Source: Lama glama (taxonomy: Eukaryota). Taken from it: a stretch of DNA of 64,000 nt. The stretch is from positions 91,266,001 through 91,330,000 of the forward strand of contig CM052816.1 in the NCBI GenBank assembly GCA_028534125.1. Reading direction: 5' to 3'. The notes under the pieces were generated by a model. The model made no database searches, was not told where the DNA came from, and saw only the letters and a program-made list of their open reading frames with translations. Below, piece after piece: positions 1-11,400 of the stretch (position 1 is its first letter; each line of letters starts with the position of its first letter). The position numbers were made by a program, and so were the translations under genes.

Positions 1-160
1 TAACAATCGGCTCTCAGAAAAAAGAAAAAAAAACCACCTTGATTTGTAGCGCTGCTGATTTCTGATTTCCCACCATGGCTGATTGTAGGCCACAACTATG
101 AAGTCACTGAACGCGAGGCTGCAAAGAGATGTGCGCAGTCAGCTGCGAGAGCCTGGGTGA
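1..160. mobile_element. MER63-like non-autonomous hAT (Blackjack) DNA transposon, cut by the window start
   Basis: Matches recalled MER63A text (taacaatcggctctc...gatttgtagcg...cccaccatggc...gtcactgaacgcg...aagagatgtgc); a second copy lies at 60860-61069. Confidence 0.7.
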
Positions 161-277
161 GTCACACCTCTGGGTGACATCTTGACTGGATCTAAAAGAT
201 GGGGCAGAGTTTGTCACTTTTATATCTTTGACAGTGTTATCTCCAAGGGGGAGCATGAAGGTGAGAGAGGACACAGC

Positions 278-435
278 ATGTCTTCTTGTCTTATATTTAA
301 GTCTTTAAGCCATTTTGAGTTTGTGTGTATGGGGTGAGGGAGTGCTCTAATGTCATTGATTTCCATTCAGCTGTCCAGTTTTCCCAACACCATTTGCTGA
401 AGAGACAGTTTTTACTCCACTGTATGTTCTCTTCA
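278..435 (-). mobile_element. L1 ORF2 internal fragment
   Basis: gtctttaagccattttgagttt...gctgtccagttttcccaacaccatttgctgaagagac is typical antisense L1 ORF2; its left part is the reverse complement of ~40360-40400. Confidence 0.85.
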
Positions 436-1846
436 TACTCAACAAACACAAATTATGTGTTCTTATAAAGATAGTCCACTTAAGTTATCCGGGAAAATAT
501 TTCAAGTGTCATTTTTTAAAGAAGATTCTTAATATCAAGTAATAGGATTTTTCTTTAATGTTAATTTAATATATTTAGTCTAAAGTCCCTAATGAAATCC
601 TGGAACTTTCAACTAATTCAATATTTAGGAAGTTAATAGTCTATATTTATTTAAAGTTTTCTAAGGAGTTAAAAATCACCATACAACTGCCTATGACAAA
701 AGATAATTAAGTACCACAGACAATTATGACTGTGTGTATTATTAAGTATATTCAGTCTTTGAGGTGGAGATAGAGGGGGAGAAATAAAGAAAACTCTGCA
801 TTGCTTTCTCTTAGCAACTGTTATTATATTGCTTTACTTCAAGCAAAAGTATATCTTACCCCCGTCTCTTTCTAGCTCCCCATTTTCCACTGTCCTCTGA
901 GTATGTTACCGTTCCCTTCTTTTTGTTTTTCCCTCTGTCCTCAAAATGAAAAATACCAGGCATAGGGTGGCAGGTGGGGACATGCTAGGATGGAGAGCCT
1001 ATGTCCACACTCACGCCTGGATGAGGCTGGGGGGAGGATAAGGGCTTTTCCGTCATCCCGGTGGCTGAAGCATTCTTTGTCTCACTCCTTTTAAATCGTT
1101 CAGCTTTATTTCCCCTGAAGCCTTTTTGGGTTAAGCAATGACTGATGCCCCCCAGGTCTCCTCTTCCACCTACAAGAGTACATTACATTTCCTTTTGTGC
1201 CTTTCTGCAGTGAGGAAAGAACCTGGTTAGACAGCCGATAAAAAAAATCTTCTAAATAATTTGTTCATGGCGTTAAAGTTCTATGAGTGAACAATGTCAT
1301 TTTGGTAAAAAGCCTCACTTTAATTCAAGAGAATGTAGTCCAGCTGTCAACCTACTACTGCTGCCATTTCCCAGTCTGGAGAGTGAGATTCAAGGGGTCA
1401 TTTGGTAGAAAATGGCTTTGTCAATACTCAGCTTAACACCACTACTATGGCTGTGTTCTACTTTTCTAAGGTACAAATGAACTTGGTAAAAATGCTCAGT
1501 TGGATAGCCGTTAACATTTTTCAGAACTCTAATAGAATTCCTGAACTTGCCTTTCTGCATGTAATAAGAGGGCTTGACCTCAATAGAACAGCCATTGAGA
1601 GAAATACATGCAGTCTTTCTAGCTCTACAAACACTAATTGGGAGAAATGGGGTAAATTAAGGGATTTATCTTCATGTGTCCATGTGGTTGAAACCACGTT
1701 GCTCACCTTTTGTGTCACTCACATAAGGTGTATTAGAGTATGGAAATGCCTTTAAGTGGCTCCTTGAATTTTTCTTTATAGGGACAGTTTAAGGTCTGAG
1801 AAATTTTGCACCCATAGACTTGAGTGGTTGGGTTAACTCAAGATAC

Positions 1847-2163
1847 TTTTTTTAAAAACATTTTTATTGATTCATAATCATTTTACAATGTTGTGTCAAA
1901 TTCCAGTGTAGAGCACAGTTTTTCAGTTATTCATGAACATATATATATTCATTGTCGCATTTTTTCCTCTGTGAGCTACCGTAAGATCTGGTGTATATTT
2001 CCCTGTGCTGTACAGTATAATCTTGTTTATCTATTCTGCAATTCTGAAATCCCGTTTATCCCTTCCCACCCTCCGCCCCCTTGGCAACCACAAGTTTGTG
2101 TTCTATGTCTATGAGTCTATTTCTGTTTTGTATTTATGCTTTTTTTTTGTTTTTGTTTTTGTT
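1847..2163 (-). mobile_element. Young, 5'-truncated L1 3' UTR
   Basis: Close reverse complement of 41200-41505; T-rich tail at left; aagatac at both flanks (1840-1846, 2164-2170). Confidence 0.9.
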
Positions 2164-2271
2164 AAGATACATTTATTAACTGCTGGTGACATGCCAAGCA
2201 CCAGGGGTGACTCTCAGATAGAATTAAACTCTGGAGCCTTAGTCTCTATCCCCAGTAAGCTTATTATCAAG

Positions 2272-2725
2272 TGTATCAGTTTCTAGGGCTGCAGTAAAAA
2301 AATTAGCGCTGACTGAGTGGTTTAAAGCAACAGAAATTTATTCTTTTACAACTTAGGAAGCCAGAGTCCAAAATCTGGATGTTGACAGGGTTGGTTCCTG
2401 CTGGTGGATCTGTGGGAGAAACCATGCCCTGCTTCTCTCCTGCTCTCTGGTGGCTGCTGGCGACCTTTGGTGCACCTTATGTTGTAGATGCATTACTCCT
2501 ATCTCCGTCTCCAACTCCTCATTGTCTTCTTCTCTTTGTGTCCCCATGTCCTCTCTTCTTATAAGGATGCTAATCTTTGGATTTAGGGCTCATCCAAAAT
2601 CTAGGATCCTTTCGTCTCAAGATTCTTTACTAGTTACATCTGCAAATACCCTTTTTCTAAATAAGGTTACATTCTGAGCATGGGCATGAATTTTGGTTGG
2701 GGACACTATTCAATCCTCTATAACA
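2272..2725 (-). mobile_element. MaLR solo LTR (MLT1B/C-like)
   Basis: tgtatcagtttctagggctgc...aagcaacagaaatttattc...aaataaggttacattctgag...ggacactattcaa. Confidence 0.85.
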
Positions 2726-3039
2726 AGCAAATATGTGAAAAACAAACAAAAACCCAAAAAACTCACCAACCTGAACAGCACATCTTAAAATACAGCCTGG
2801 AGGCCAATTGTAGATCATAAAAATTCTCTATGCATTTGTCCTTCACCACACCATGAATTGCTTGTGTTCATGGTAAGAACACACAAGGATGCCCTCCACA
2901 CAGTGATACCACTCTACCACCCCTAGAACGCCAAGGGACCAAGCCCAAGAGGGAGCTGAGAAATAGGCCAGATCATCCCTATTCTTTGTGGGAGCAGCAG
3001 GTCTAATTATCATGCTTCTCAAGTCACCAGGGACCCAAA

Positions 3040-3880
3040 TTTCCCAGGTCATCCATCCTTAGCAGGCACTAATTCCTGTTCATTCTCAAATCCAACCATT
3101 CACACAGTTCTCTGAATCTTCTGCCCACTGGCATTAATTAATGGTCTGCCATCAGCAAAATCCCATATTTTTAACCTCTTTTCTACACAATCTTTGACCT
3201 TCTTGTTCCAACTGAAACTCATTTCCTAAGGACTCTGATTCCTCTATAAACGACTCATGCGGTGTTTTAAAAAATTTTGTTTTGTTTTCAACTTTATTTT
3301 TTGTTAGTTTGCATGCTTACTTTTTAAAAACAGTTTTAAAAATAGATATATTTACTTTATTTTATTTTATTTATTTTTTGAAGGGGAAGGTAATTAGGTA
3401 TATTTATTGATTTACTTATGTTTTTAGTGGAGGAACTGGGAATTGAACCCAGACCTTGTGCATGCTAAGTGGGCACCCTACCGCTGAGCTATACCCTCCT
3501 CCTCATATGGTGCTTTGAAAAAAAAGAGATACATACCATGTATGCACCACATGGCCTGGAGGTAAGGTAGAAGACTTTCCACTCCTCACTGCCACTTCAA
3601 GACAATGTCTCTTCTCCCTCAAAAATCTCTAAGGCCCTCATCAGACTCCATCACTTGATAATTTTCCAGGTTGTACTTACTGATCAACATCCTGACCACA
3701 CCCTCATTCACTGAGGTTTTTATTCCCTGGTTCATAGTCTTTTTTACCAACACTGTTCCTAGTGATCTTGGCGTTCCTTTACGTGATCTATCCAACCCTT
3801 GGCCTCTCACTACTTTCACCTTACTTCCAGAGATCTTTTCCCCAACCCCACCACAGCCACTCCTTGAGAACAATGTAGTC
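3040..3880 (+). mobile_element. L2 ORF2 (endonuclease-region) fossil, interrupted by a SINE
   Basis: Degenerate L2 endonuclease motifs: DLLVPTET (~LLALTETW) near 3195; ORF 3671-3892 reads PSFTEVFIPWFIVF...LGVPLRDLSNP (~PSFLEDFSSWL...LGDFNIHVDDPSN). Confidence 0.6.
3269..3501 (-). mobile_element. tRNA-Ala-derived camelid SINE (vic-1 type) with a long A-rich tail
   Basis: Minus strand reads GGAGGGTATAGCTCAGCGGTAG...CTTAGCATGCAC...GGTTCAATTCCC (Pol III A/B boxes), then ...CCTAATTACC; degenerate TSD ctcatgcggtgtttt (3254-3268) / ctcatatggtgcttt (3502-3516). Confidence 0.9.
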
Positions 3881-4121
3881 TGCTGGAAATAAAATATGAG
3901 TCACAGCTGCAAGCCTTATGTGCAATTTTAAATATTAAAGTAGCCACATTAAAAATGTGAAAAGAAACAAGTGAAATTAATTTTAGTGGCATATTTTATT
4001 TGACCCAGTGTATCCCAAATATTATCACTTCAACAAATGATGAACATAAATATTAATGATATTTTTTACATTTTTTTCATACCAAGTATCTGAAACTTCA
4101 TGTGTATTTTACACATGCAGC
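3880..4121. mobile_element. MER3/MER33-like hAT-Charlie MITE, truncated
   Basis: tagccacattaaaaatgtgaaaagaaacaagtgaaattaatttt...tgtgtattttacacatgcagca. Confidence 0.8.
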
Positions 4122-4127
4122 AATAGA

Positions 4128-4612
4128 TGAAAAGTGTTGCCTGCCACATCAGCAAACAAAGGAGGCTGCAGCCATCAAGACACTACCACTGCCCGGACGG
4201 TGAGCCCTGAGGGAACTCAGGATGGAGACAAATAGGCTGCCTGCTGCCAAGCCCTCAGCCGCCACAGCCACTCCCAGTCCTGCACCCAGAGAGGACTCAG
4301 GACTGGAAAGAACAGGAGACTGGCCCTAGACAGCTAAGTGCATATCAAAGGAGTGATTTCATGAGCCCAGACTCTTGCATCTTCCCATATATAGAAAAAC
4401 GTTAAATTCATTAACTTGAGATGTCTGGTTTTTTAATTAACACTAATCTTTTGATGTTCCAGATACCTGGTCTTTGTCACAAAAATCCTATATATCCTGG
4501 CTCCTTCCTTACTTCTTCAGAGCAGTCCTTCAGAGCTATCTCCCAGGCTTGAAGCCCTCAGAAAGTCTGCTGAATAAAATGTAATTCTAACTTTTAGGTT
4601 GTGCATTTTCCT
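4128..4612 (+). mobile_element. ERV solo LTR, 3' terminus missing
   Basis: TG start, internal repeat (ccctgagggaactcagga / cccagagaggactcagga), TATA-like cctatatat (~4487), AATAAA (4574); abuts an L1 with no terminal CA. Confidence 0.7.
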
Positions 4613-4616
4613 CTTT

Positions 4617-5274
4617 CTTGAGTTATAGTCAGTTTACAATGTTATGTCAATTTCTGGTGTACAGCTCAATTCTTTAGTCATACATGAATAGACATATATT
4701 CATTTTCATATTCTTTTTCACCATGAGCTACTACAAGATGTTGAATATATTTCCCTGTGCTATACAGTATAAACTTGTTTATCTATTTTATATATGCCAG
4801 TCAGTATCTGCAAATCTTGAACTCCCAGTTTATCCCTTCCCACCCCTCTCTTCCCTGGCAAGCACAAGTCTGTATTCTATGTCTGTGAATCTGTTTCTAT
4901 TTTATATATAAGTTCATTTGTCTTTTTTTTTGGATTCCACATATAAGTGATATTGAATGGTAATTTTCTTTCTCTTTCTGGCTTACTTCACTTAGAATGA
5001 CATTCTCCAGGGACATCCATGTTGCTACAAATAGCATTATATTGTCATTTTTATGGCTGTGTAATATTCCACTATATAAATATATCACAGCTTCTTTTTT
5101 CAGTCATTTGTCGATGGACATTTAGGTTGTTTTCATGTCTTGGCTATTGTAAATAGTGCTTCTATGACCATTGGGGTGCAGGTGTCTTTCTGAATTAGGA
5201 TTCCTTCTGGATATATACTCAGAAGTGGGATTGCTGGGTCATATGGTAAGTCTGTTTTCAGTCTTTTGAGGAAT
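4617..5274 (-). mobile_element. 5'-truncated L1 (ORF2 C-terminus plus 3' UTR)
   Basis: ORF 4897-5088 ends ATWMSLENVILSEVSQKEKENYHSISLICGI, the L1 ORF2 C-terminus; 3' UTR resembles 19200-19520. Confidence 0.95.
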
Positions 5275-5276
5275 AT

Positions 5277-5770
5277 AAAGCCCTACGTGATCTGGCCTGT
5301 GCCCGTCTCAGTGAGCACCTACCAGTTTTCTTCTCTGCTTATTCCAGTCCACCTGCACTGGCTTTCCTGTTGATCGCTACATTCTCACCCAGGGATTTGT
5401 ACTTTTTACTCCCTCCATGGGAACACTCTTCTAAAAAGGCTTTAAAGAGCTTGTTCTTACAGAATTTTTCAGGTCTCTCCTCCAACATCACCTTCTTGAA
5501 CACCTTAGATAGAAGAGTCACCTCATGCATTGATCTCTTTCTCTTAATCTTGGATGATTTTGATTCATAGCAATCACTGTCACCTGAAATTACATTATGT
5601 ACTTCTTTGCTTAATTGTTCATGTTCGGTATCATCCTCTAGAGTTTTAGTTACATGACAATATGGACTTAGTCTATTCTGTTTGCTAATACATCCTTAGG
5701 ACCTAGAATGAGGCCTCAGTGCTTGGAACATAATAGATTTCAATAAGAATTTACTGAGTGAATGAATAAG
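5277..5770 (+). mobile_element. L2 3' end
   Basis: aagccctacgtgatctggcc...ggacctagaatg...tcaataagaatttactgagtgaatgaataa (L2 tail). Confidence 0.8.
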
Positions 5771-7443
5771 TCTAAGACTCATTTTCACATAACACTCCGT
5801 TATCACTGTGCAGTGTCACTTTCTTTATGTCAAATCATGTTTCACAAAACTCTTAATTCTATAAGGCAAATACTTGCTACAATAAGGTTAGCAAGTAAAG
5901 TAGGCATTACTCTTTGCTTCAATCCAATTAAAAAATCTGAATTCCACTCATTGGTGCTTTTAATTTGACAGTAGCCATGTTTTGGTACCCCAAAGAACAA
6001 ATGACCTGTATTATTCTGTATAAAAAAATAACTAGGGTGACTTTTTTTTGCCTTGCTATCTGATCTCATCCAAAAGGGAAACATTGCACCCAAATGGATA
6101 CAATGACATCCAAGCAAGAAAATCTGTACCCAAAGGGAAAAAATTGAATCACAGGGGAAAAATGGCAAAGGAAGGGCAGACATTGTAACTACTGCATTTA
6201 AGAACTTGACCTGGTTGGAAAGGGGAGGCAGAGACATGAATGGGTAAGAACAGAATCACGAGTGGTGGAGATTCTTTCATAAAAGCAGTCAGGTAGAAGA
6301 TTATTAAGTAATAGGGAGCCAGATGGGTTCTTGAGGGAGAGCAGTGACATGGTGAGCATGACATTTAAGAGCCTTGACCTTGAAGACTATGTGCCAGAAG
6401 GACTAACGGACGGGGAATAAACTTGGAGACTCATGCTGGGACCTATATGCACATGTGAAGGGGAGGGGTCTGGGTAATGGTGTTATACTGACCTACCCTG
6501 GCTAAAGTGAAATGTTGGACTTCTAGTGTGAGAATTTATCTTTTTTTTTTTTAACCAAGTATGAAAGAGAACTCCTTATATTTTCAAAGAAACTGATATA
6601 ACACTACTCCTTCCTAATTCCATTTGAGCAACTGGTAGACTTTCTAGGGTCGACAGGAGGAGAGTTAAGAAATTTATCATGCTTGAATTTATTCTGAGGC
6701 AGAAAAAAGAGGGCAAGGGAGAGACATACATTAAGCATTTGTCCTCTTGATGAGTACTTGTCCTCTTGAATCGAAACGGTACTTTTTGCAAAGAACAGGA
6801 GAAACGGGCTCCTCATCGTAAGCTAAAACTCACTGTCTAGCTTTTATATTAGACAGAAGTATTTCTGCATGAAGTTATATGATTGCCGAAAATTTGCTTT
6901 ATAGTAATCCAGGGGTGGGATGGTGGTGGTGATTATGGATGAAACAAAAGTGCTATCACTGAAAACATGCTATTTTCTCTGCTTTCGCTTGTGTTTGAAA
7001 GTTTCCACACTGCAAAGTACAAACAACCATGACAAAAAAACATTCAGGACTTAGACTGAATTTTCTTGACACCTCCAAATAAATAAGGAAACAAAAACAA
7101 ATAAAAATGTAAACAAGCAAACCTCACCAAACTCCTCTCGCTGTGATGCTGTTTGCCGCGGTCCTCACTCCCAGAGGATGGCCGTCAATGTCCATGCAGC
7201 CCAGGAAGAAGAAAGGAGCTTCCGTATTGACTGAGGAGAAGGAGTAGGAAAAAGAGGGCCTCAGACCCTGCTCGATGTTTAAACATCCCTCCTGCCCAGA
7301 ATTCTGCAGCCGTCTCTGCGTGGCCTCTGAGTGGTCTCCACTGGGTCCTAAAAGCCTGATCTGGACGTGTTTGCAGTCCCCTTCCTGCTCAGAGGTGTAC
7401 TTATACAATTATATAATAATACTTATATAGCTAAAAAGTAATC

Positions 7444-7633
7444 AACAGATACAAACAGCTATACATAAAATAGATAAGCAACAAGGATTTACTGCGTAGC
7501 ACAGGGAGCTATATTCAATATCTCGTAATAACCTATAATGGAATATAATCTGAATAAAAACATAACTGAATCACTTCGCTGTATACCTGAAACTAGCACT
7601 ATATTGTAAATCAGCTATACTTCAATATAAAAA
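7444..7633 (+). mobile_element. Short L1 3' end
   Basis: aaaatagataagcaacaagg...gcacagggagctatattcaatatc...ctgtatacctgaaact...tatacttcaat; similar to 42100-42290 and 62170-62375. Confidence 0.9.
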
Positions 7634-7849
7634 GGAACGCAACTGATTCTTTTTAAACACACTCTGACATGGACCTTTCCACATGATCGCTGTTCTCCCA
7701 CGGAAGCCAGGGAACGTAATTCAAGGCTGAGCTGTTTCCTGCCGTGTCTCTTTGAGAATTGCTGCACCTTTGGATACTTGTGATCACAGTGGCAGGTTGT
7801 TTTACTGTGAGGATAGATTCAGATTTTTAACAAAACTCAGTTAGGAATT

Positions 7850-8270
7850 CCATTTGTCCTTCAGTGACTCAGAGCCAAAATAACCACATCTTAGACAAGA
7901 CAGTTTATTTTTCTCTCACCTGAGTCTGGGCTGGTGTCATGGTTCAGCTCTGCAGAGTCCTCAGGCCCAGGCACCTTCTGTCTCATTGATCTGTCATCCC
8001 TACAACACCCTTTGGTTGTTTCAAGATTGCATCATTCAGCAAGCAAATTGCTGGGGGAGAGGCAGAGCCCACCCCTTGCCTTTAAACCGTTAACTTAGAG
8101 GTTGCGTCTTGTCTCCACTAATACCCTGTTGGCCAGAACCTGGTCACCTGACTGTGCCTACCTGGCTGTGCGGGCAGCAGACATGTTTGTCCTTAATGCT
8201 CTGTGGTCATCTATTATGTACCAGCTAAATATCAGGGGAGTTATTACTACAGAAAAAGGGGTCAACTACT
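7850..8270 (-). mobile_element. Old MaLR LTR (MLT1J/K-like)
   Basis: ttagacaagacagtttattttttctctcac...tggccagaacctggtcac...ccagctaaa. Confidence 0.55.
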
Positions 8271-8376
8271 ATTGGGTGATGATGGGCAAACTTGGATAAT
8301 ATACATTTGGAAAAAAATAATCCCCTCACCAGATTCCAGGATCACCATATTCTAATCAGGCGGCTTTCATATGCAC

Positions 8377-8423
8377 GTGTGTGTGTGTGTGTGTTTGTGT
8401 GTTTGTGTATGTGTGAGAGAGAG
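8377..8423. repeat. Imperfect (TG)n-(GA)n microsatellite
   Basis: Directly visible. Confidence 0.9.
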
Positions 8424-10344
8424 ATGAACTCTTGAAAGACTGATAAACTTCCCCAAAGAGGAGTTCAGAAGTTCTGGAGGGCCTCACTGGAATAAATCTA
8501 TAACCTCCCTGGGCGATGCCTTTCCAGAGGACACCGATAATCCGAGTTTTAATGCCTGCTGTGTTTGTACGTTAGACAAATGCCTGAGAGCCAGCCTCAT
8601 ACTCTGTGTATTAGGCACGTGACATGATTTACTGCTGCACAACCAGAAAAGTGCTATAACAGAGAACTTTTTAATTTCCTCATTAGAATAAGTAATCATG
8701 ACAGTAAACAGCTACCAGTGTGATTACAGAGCTCTGTAATCCCCATGAATGACGCCAGCCTGATTTTAGGTGGGAAGGTACCCCCTCATCTCCCCCCACC
8801 CCTTGGCCTCCACTGCTGTTGAACGTTATCCTGTTAATCAGGCTTGATTGCCTTGCCTTGCTCCTAGACGTGCTTAGAGACTCCTCAGAGGCACATTGTT
8901 TCGGGAGACAGCTGTTCTTTCCTGGCTCAGGCGGGCTGAAGTTATATATAGTGATGATAGTAATAAATTGTCTACACATACGCACATGGCACATGGGGAC
9001 CCACTGATGAAAATGAGTGTTCTAGGCGTGTGCTTTCCTTTGATTGCATGTGCAAACAGTCAGCTTCACTTTCCCTCCGGCTGCTGCCATGTGCCTCCTT
9101 AGCTCACCGAGGGGTCAAAAGTTGCCCCTCCAACCTCCAAGGCTCTCTTGCAATTTCCTAATTAACATATGTCCTGTTTAACCCCCACGTCCAGTTCTAC
9201 TGTGATAGAAAACCATTCAGATCTCCTAGCTCTTTCATTCCACTTTTATTCTGTGACTACTAGGTGATTTCTAGATAAATTCCATTTACAAAAATGCAGT
9301 ATGTGTGAAATTGATATATTTGTAAAATTCAGCTGTATTTCCTCTTCCTAGGAGGCACTAGGGACTGTAAAAAAAATGAAGAGGCCCTTGGCTTAAAAAT
9401 ATTGATTACCATTGGGAAGAAAAGTGGAACTAGATCCTCACTGATGTGTTTGGTAATAGTTCTTCTTTGTTTAAAGTAGCAATCCAGAGTTTCTTCACCG
9501 ATCACATAGAATTTGAATAAACATATACTGAAAGCAGAGACCATCTATTTGAAATAACATATAATATAGTCTTATTTTAAAGCACCCTCCAATGTACCAT
9601 GTATTTGCTTGTGGTGTCAGCCTAATCAGGTCTCGGACACACAGTGACAAATGGCCCCAGCAGAAAATACAGTTGTTTACCACACTGGCCTTCCAATAGC
9701 CATCTGTTTTGAAGTTGACAGTTGTGTGAAAGGACATGATATTTACACTATGGCAAGCATTCTTCAGGGCCTCTGGTTTTTATTCACTTCTAGGTCTTCA
9801 TGGTAACCTTATTTTCTCTTCCTAGTTTTACATGCCTTTATGCTATCTTTTCATTAGCATGTAAAATCCTGTTCTTTTCTTTTTTTCATTTTGGACATCA
9901 CGGTGTCATCTTAGCTCACAGTTCACTTCAGCAGCATAAACGGGGGACATAATTTCTCCATCGCCTGTTTGATTTCCCTTGGGACCATGACCTTGGAGTG
10001 AACTCGGTAGCCTTCCCCAAAAGAGGGAATTCTGGAAAAGGTCCCACTGTGCCTGAGGCCAAAGGTAACTCCACTGGCCACATTGCCTGTAGTACCCGAG
10101 GTCAATGTGGTCAGTAATTAGGGAGAGAGGGGCCCCTCCCATTTAGAGCCTCCTGGCTAGTCTTCTGGGCTGGCTGCCCTCTTCCTGCATATCCAGCCCA
10201 TGCCTTTCCTGGTGGCCCTTTTTTCTGGATGCAGTGCGCTAAGTGGCACTAGGTAAGTAAGGCTTCTGCTCTGGGCTCCATCTCTTCCTATGTTGATTTT
10301 GATATGATGAATGGCATCACTGAGCCGATGTAATTCTCTTTAAA

Positions 10345-10460
10345 ATGGGTGTAGTGTAATGGGAAGAGCCTGGGCGTAGGTTGACTTGGTTGCTAATTTT
10401 GGTTTTGTCTATTGCTAACTGTATGACCTTGAGCGACTTCCCCCTCCTTTCAGGGATTTG
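10345..10460 (+). mobile_element. MIR fragment
   Basis: gtgtagtgtaatgggaagagcctgggc...ctaactgtatgaccttgagcgac (MIR core). Confidence 0.6.
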
Positions 10461-10949
10461 GGCACAGTGTGCACAGCCAGGCATTTGAAGGGTTGACCTC
10501 CTACCAGAGGCTTCTATTCCTCTGCTTACTTGTTTTACTGACCTCCCACCCATTTTGTGAGGATCTGGTTAGATAAAATAAGATAATCCACTTTGAAAAC
10601 TGCCTGATAGTGTTCACATGGTTTTCAGAGGTGGAATACGTAATCAGAAGTACATTTCCATCAGACAACCGTCAGTGATGACAACAGTTAAGTTAAAAAA
10701 AATACACACCCCAACCCAGAGACCTCTGAAAGTGACTCCGATGTGGGTCAAGTCCTTATGTGTATTTTATTCACTCTTGGTTTCTGTTTTTCAGTAATTT
10801 TAAATAATGTGAATTTCACAGTGTGAAATTAAACTTGGTTCAAAATTTTAATGTATTCAGCTTCCATTGCCATGGCTAGGAGATCCAAGGTGGTGCCAGT
10901 CCACAGACTAACAAGTGGAAGCCAGTTTAGGGCTCCTGCTAACCAGCTG

Positions 10950-11400
10950 GTTCAGTGTCAGCTGGCTATCTCCATTTGTCCCCTCAGATGTGTCCTCTAA
11001 CCTCCTCTGTCCTGCTTTTTCTGGGAGACTGGTCCCTATGGACTACATCCCCAGGGCTCCTTTGCCCTTCCAGTTGGGTTTGGCCAAGAAGAAGCACTGG
11101 CAGAGACGCAGATGGTGGAAGGAGAGAGAGGGCAGTGCGTCCATTCCCCAGGAGCCCCTCTCAGTGCCTGACTCCCTCCATGATCACAGCATGGTCCTTC
11201 CTTCAAGGTTCCAATTCTTGCTGGGCTCCTGCAACACTCATTCCTACCCTCGCCCTCCAGTCTTAGGACTGAGAAGACTTCCTGCTCCTGCCCCTCTCTC
11301 AACCCTTCCTGTAACTCTGCGAGAAGTCCCTTCATGAGAGCCTTGCATTTGACTCAACCAGGATGAGTTCTGTTTCCTGCTGGGACACTGATCTTTACTC
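10950..11400. mobile_element. Old ERVL LTR (LTR33-like)
   Basis: atggactacatccccagggctcctttgcccttccagttgggtttggccaa...tctgtttcctgctgggacactga. Confidence 0.55.

Noticed and set aside
3425..3501. tRNA-Ala-like sequence (also 63250-63324)
   Set aside because: Broken stems, an A-rich tail and TSDs identify these as SINEs rather than tRNA genes.
9906..10142. Minus-strand ORFs with protein-like composition
   Set aside because: No recognisable family and no clear flanking splice sites.
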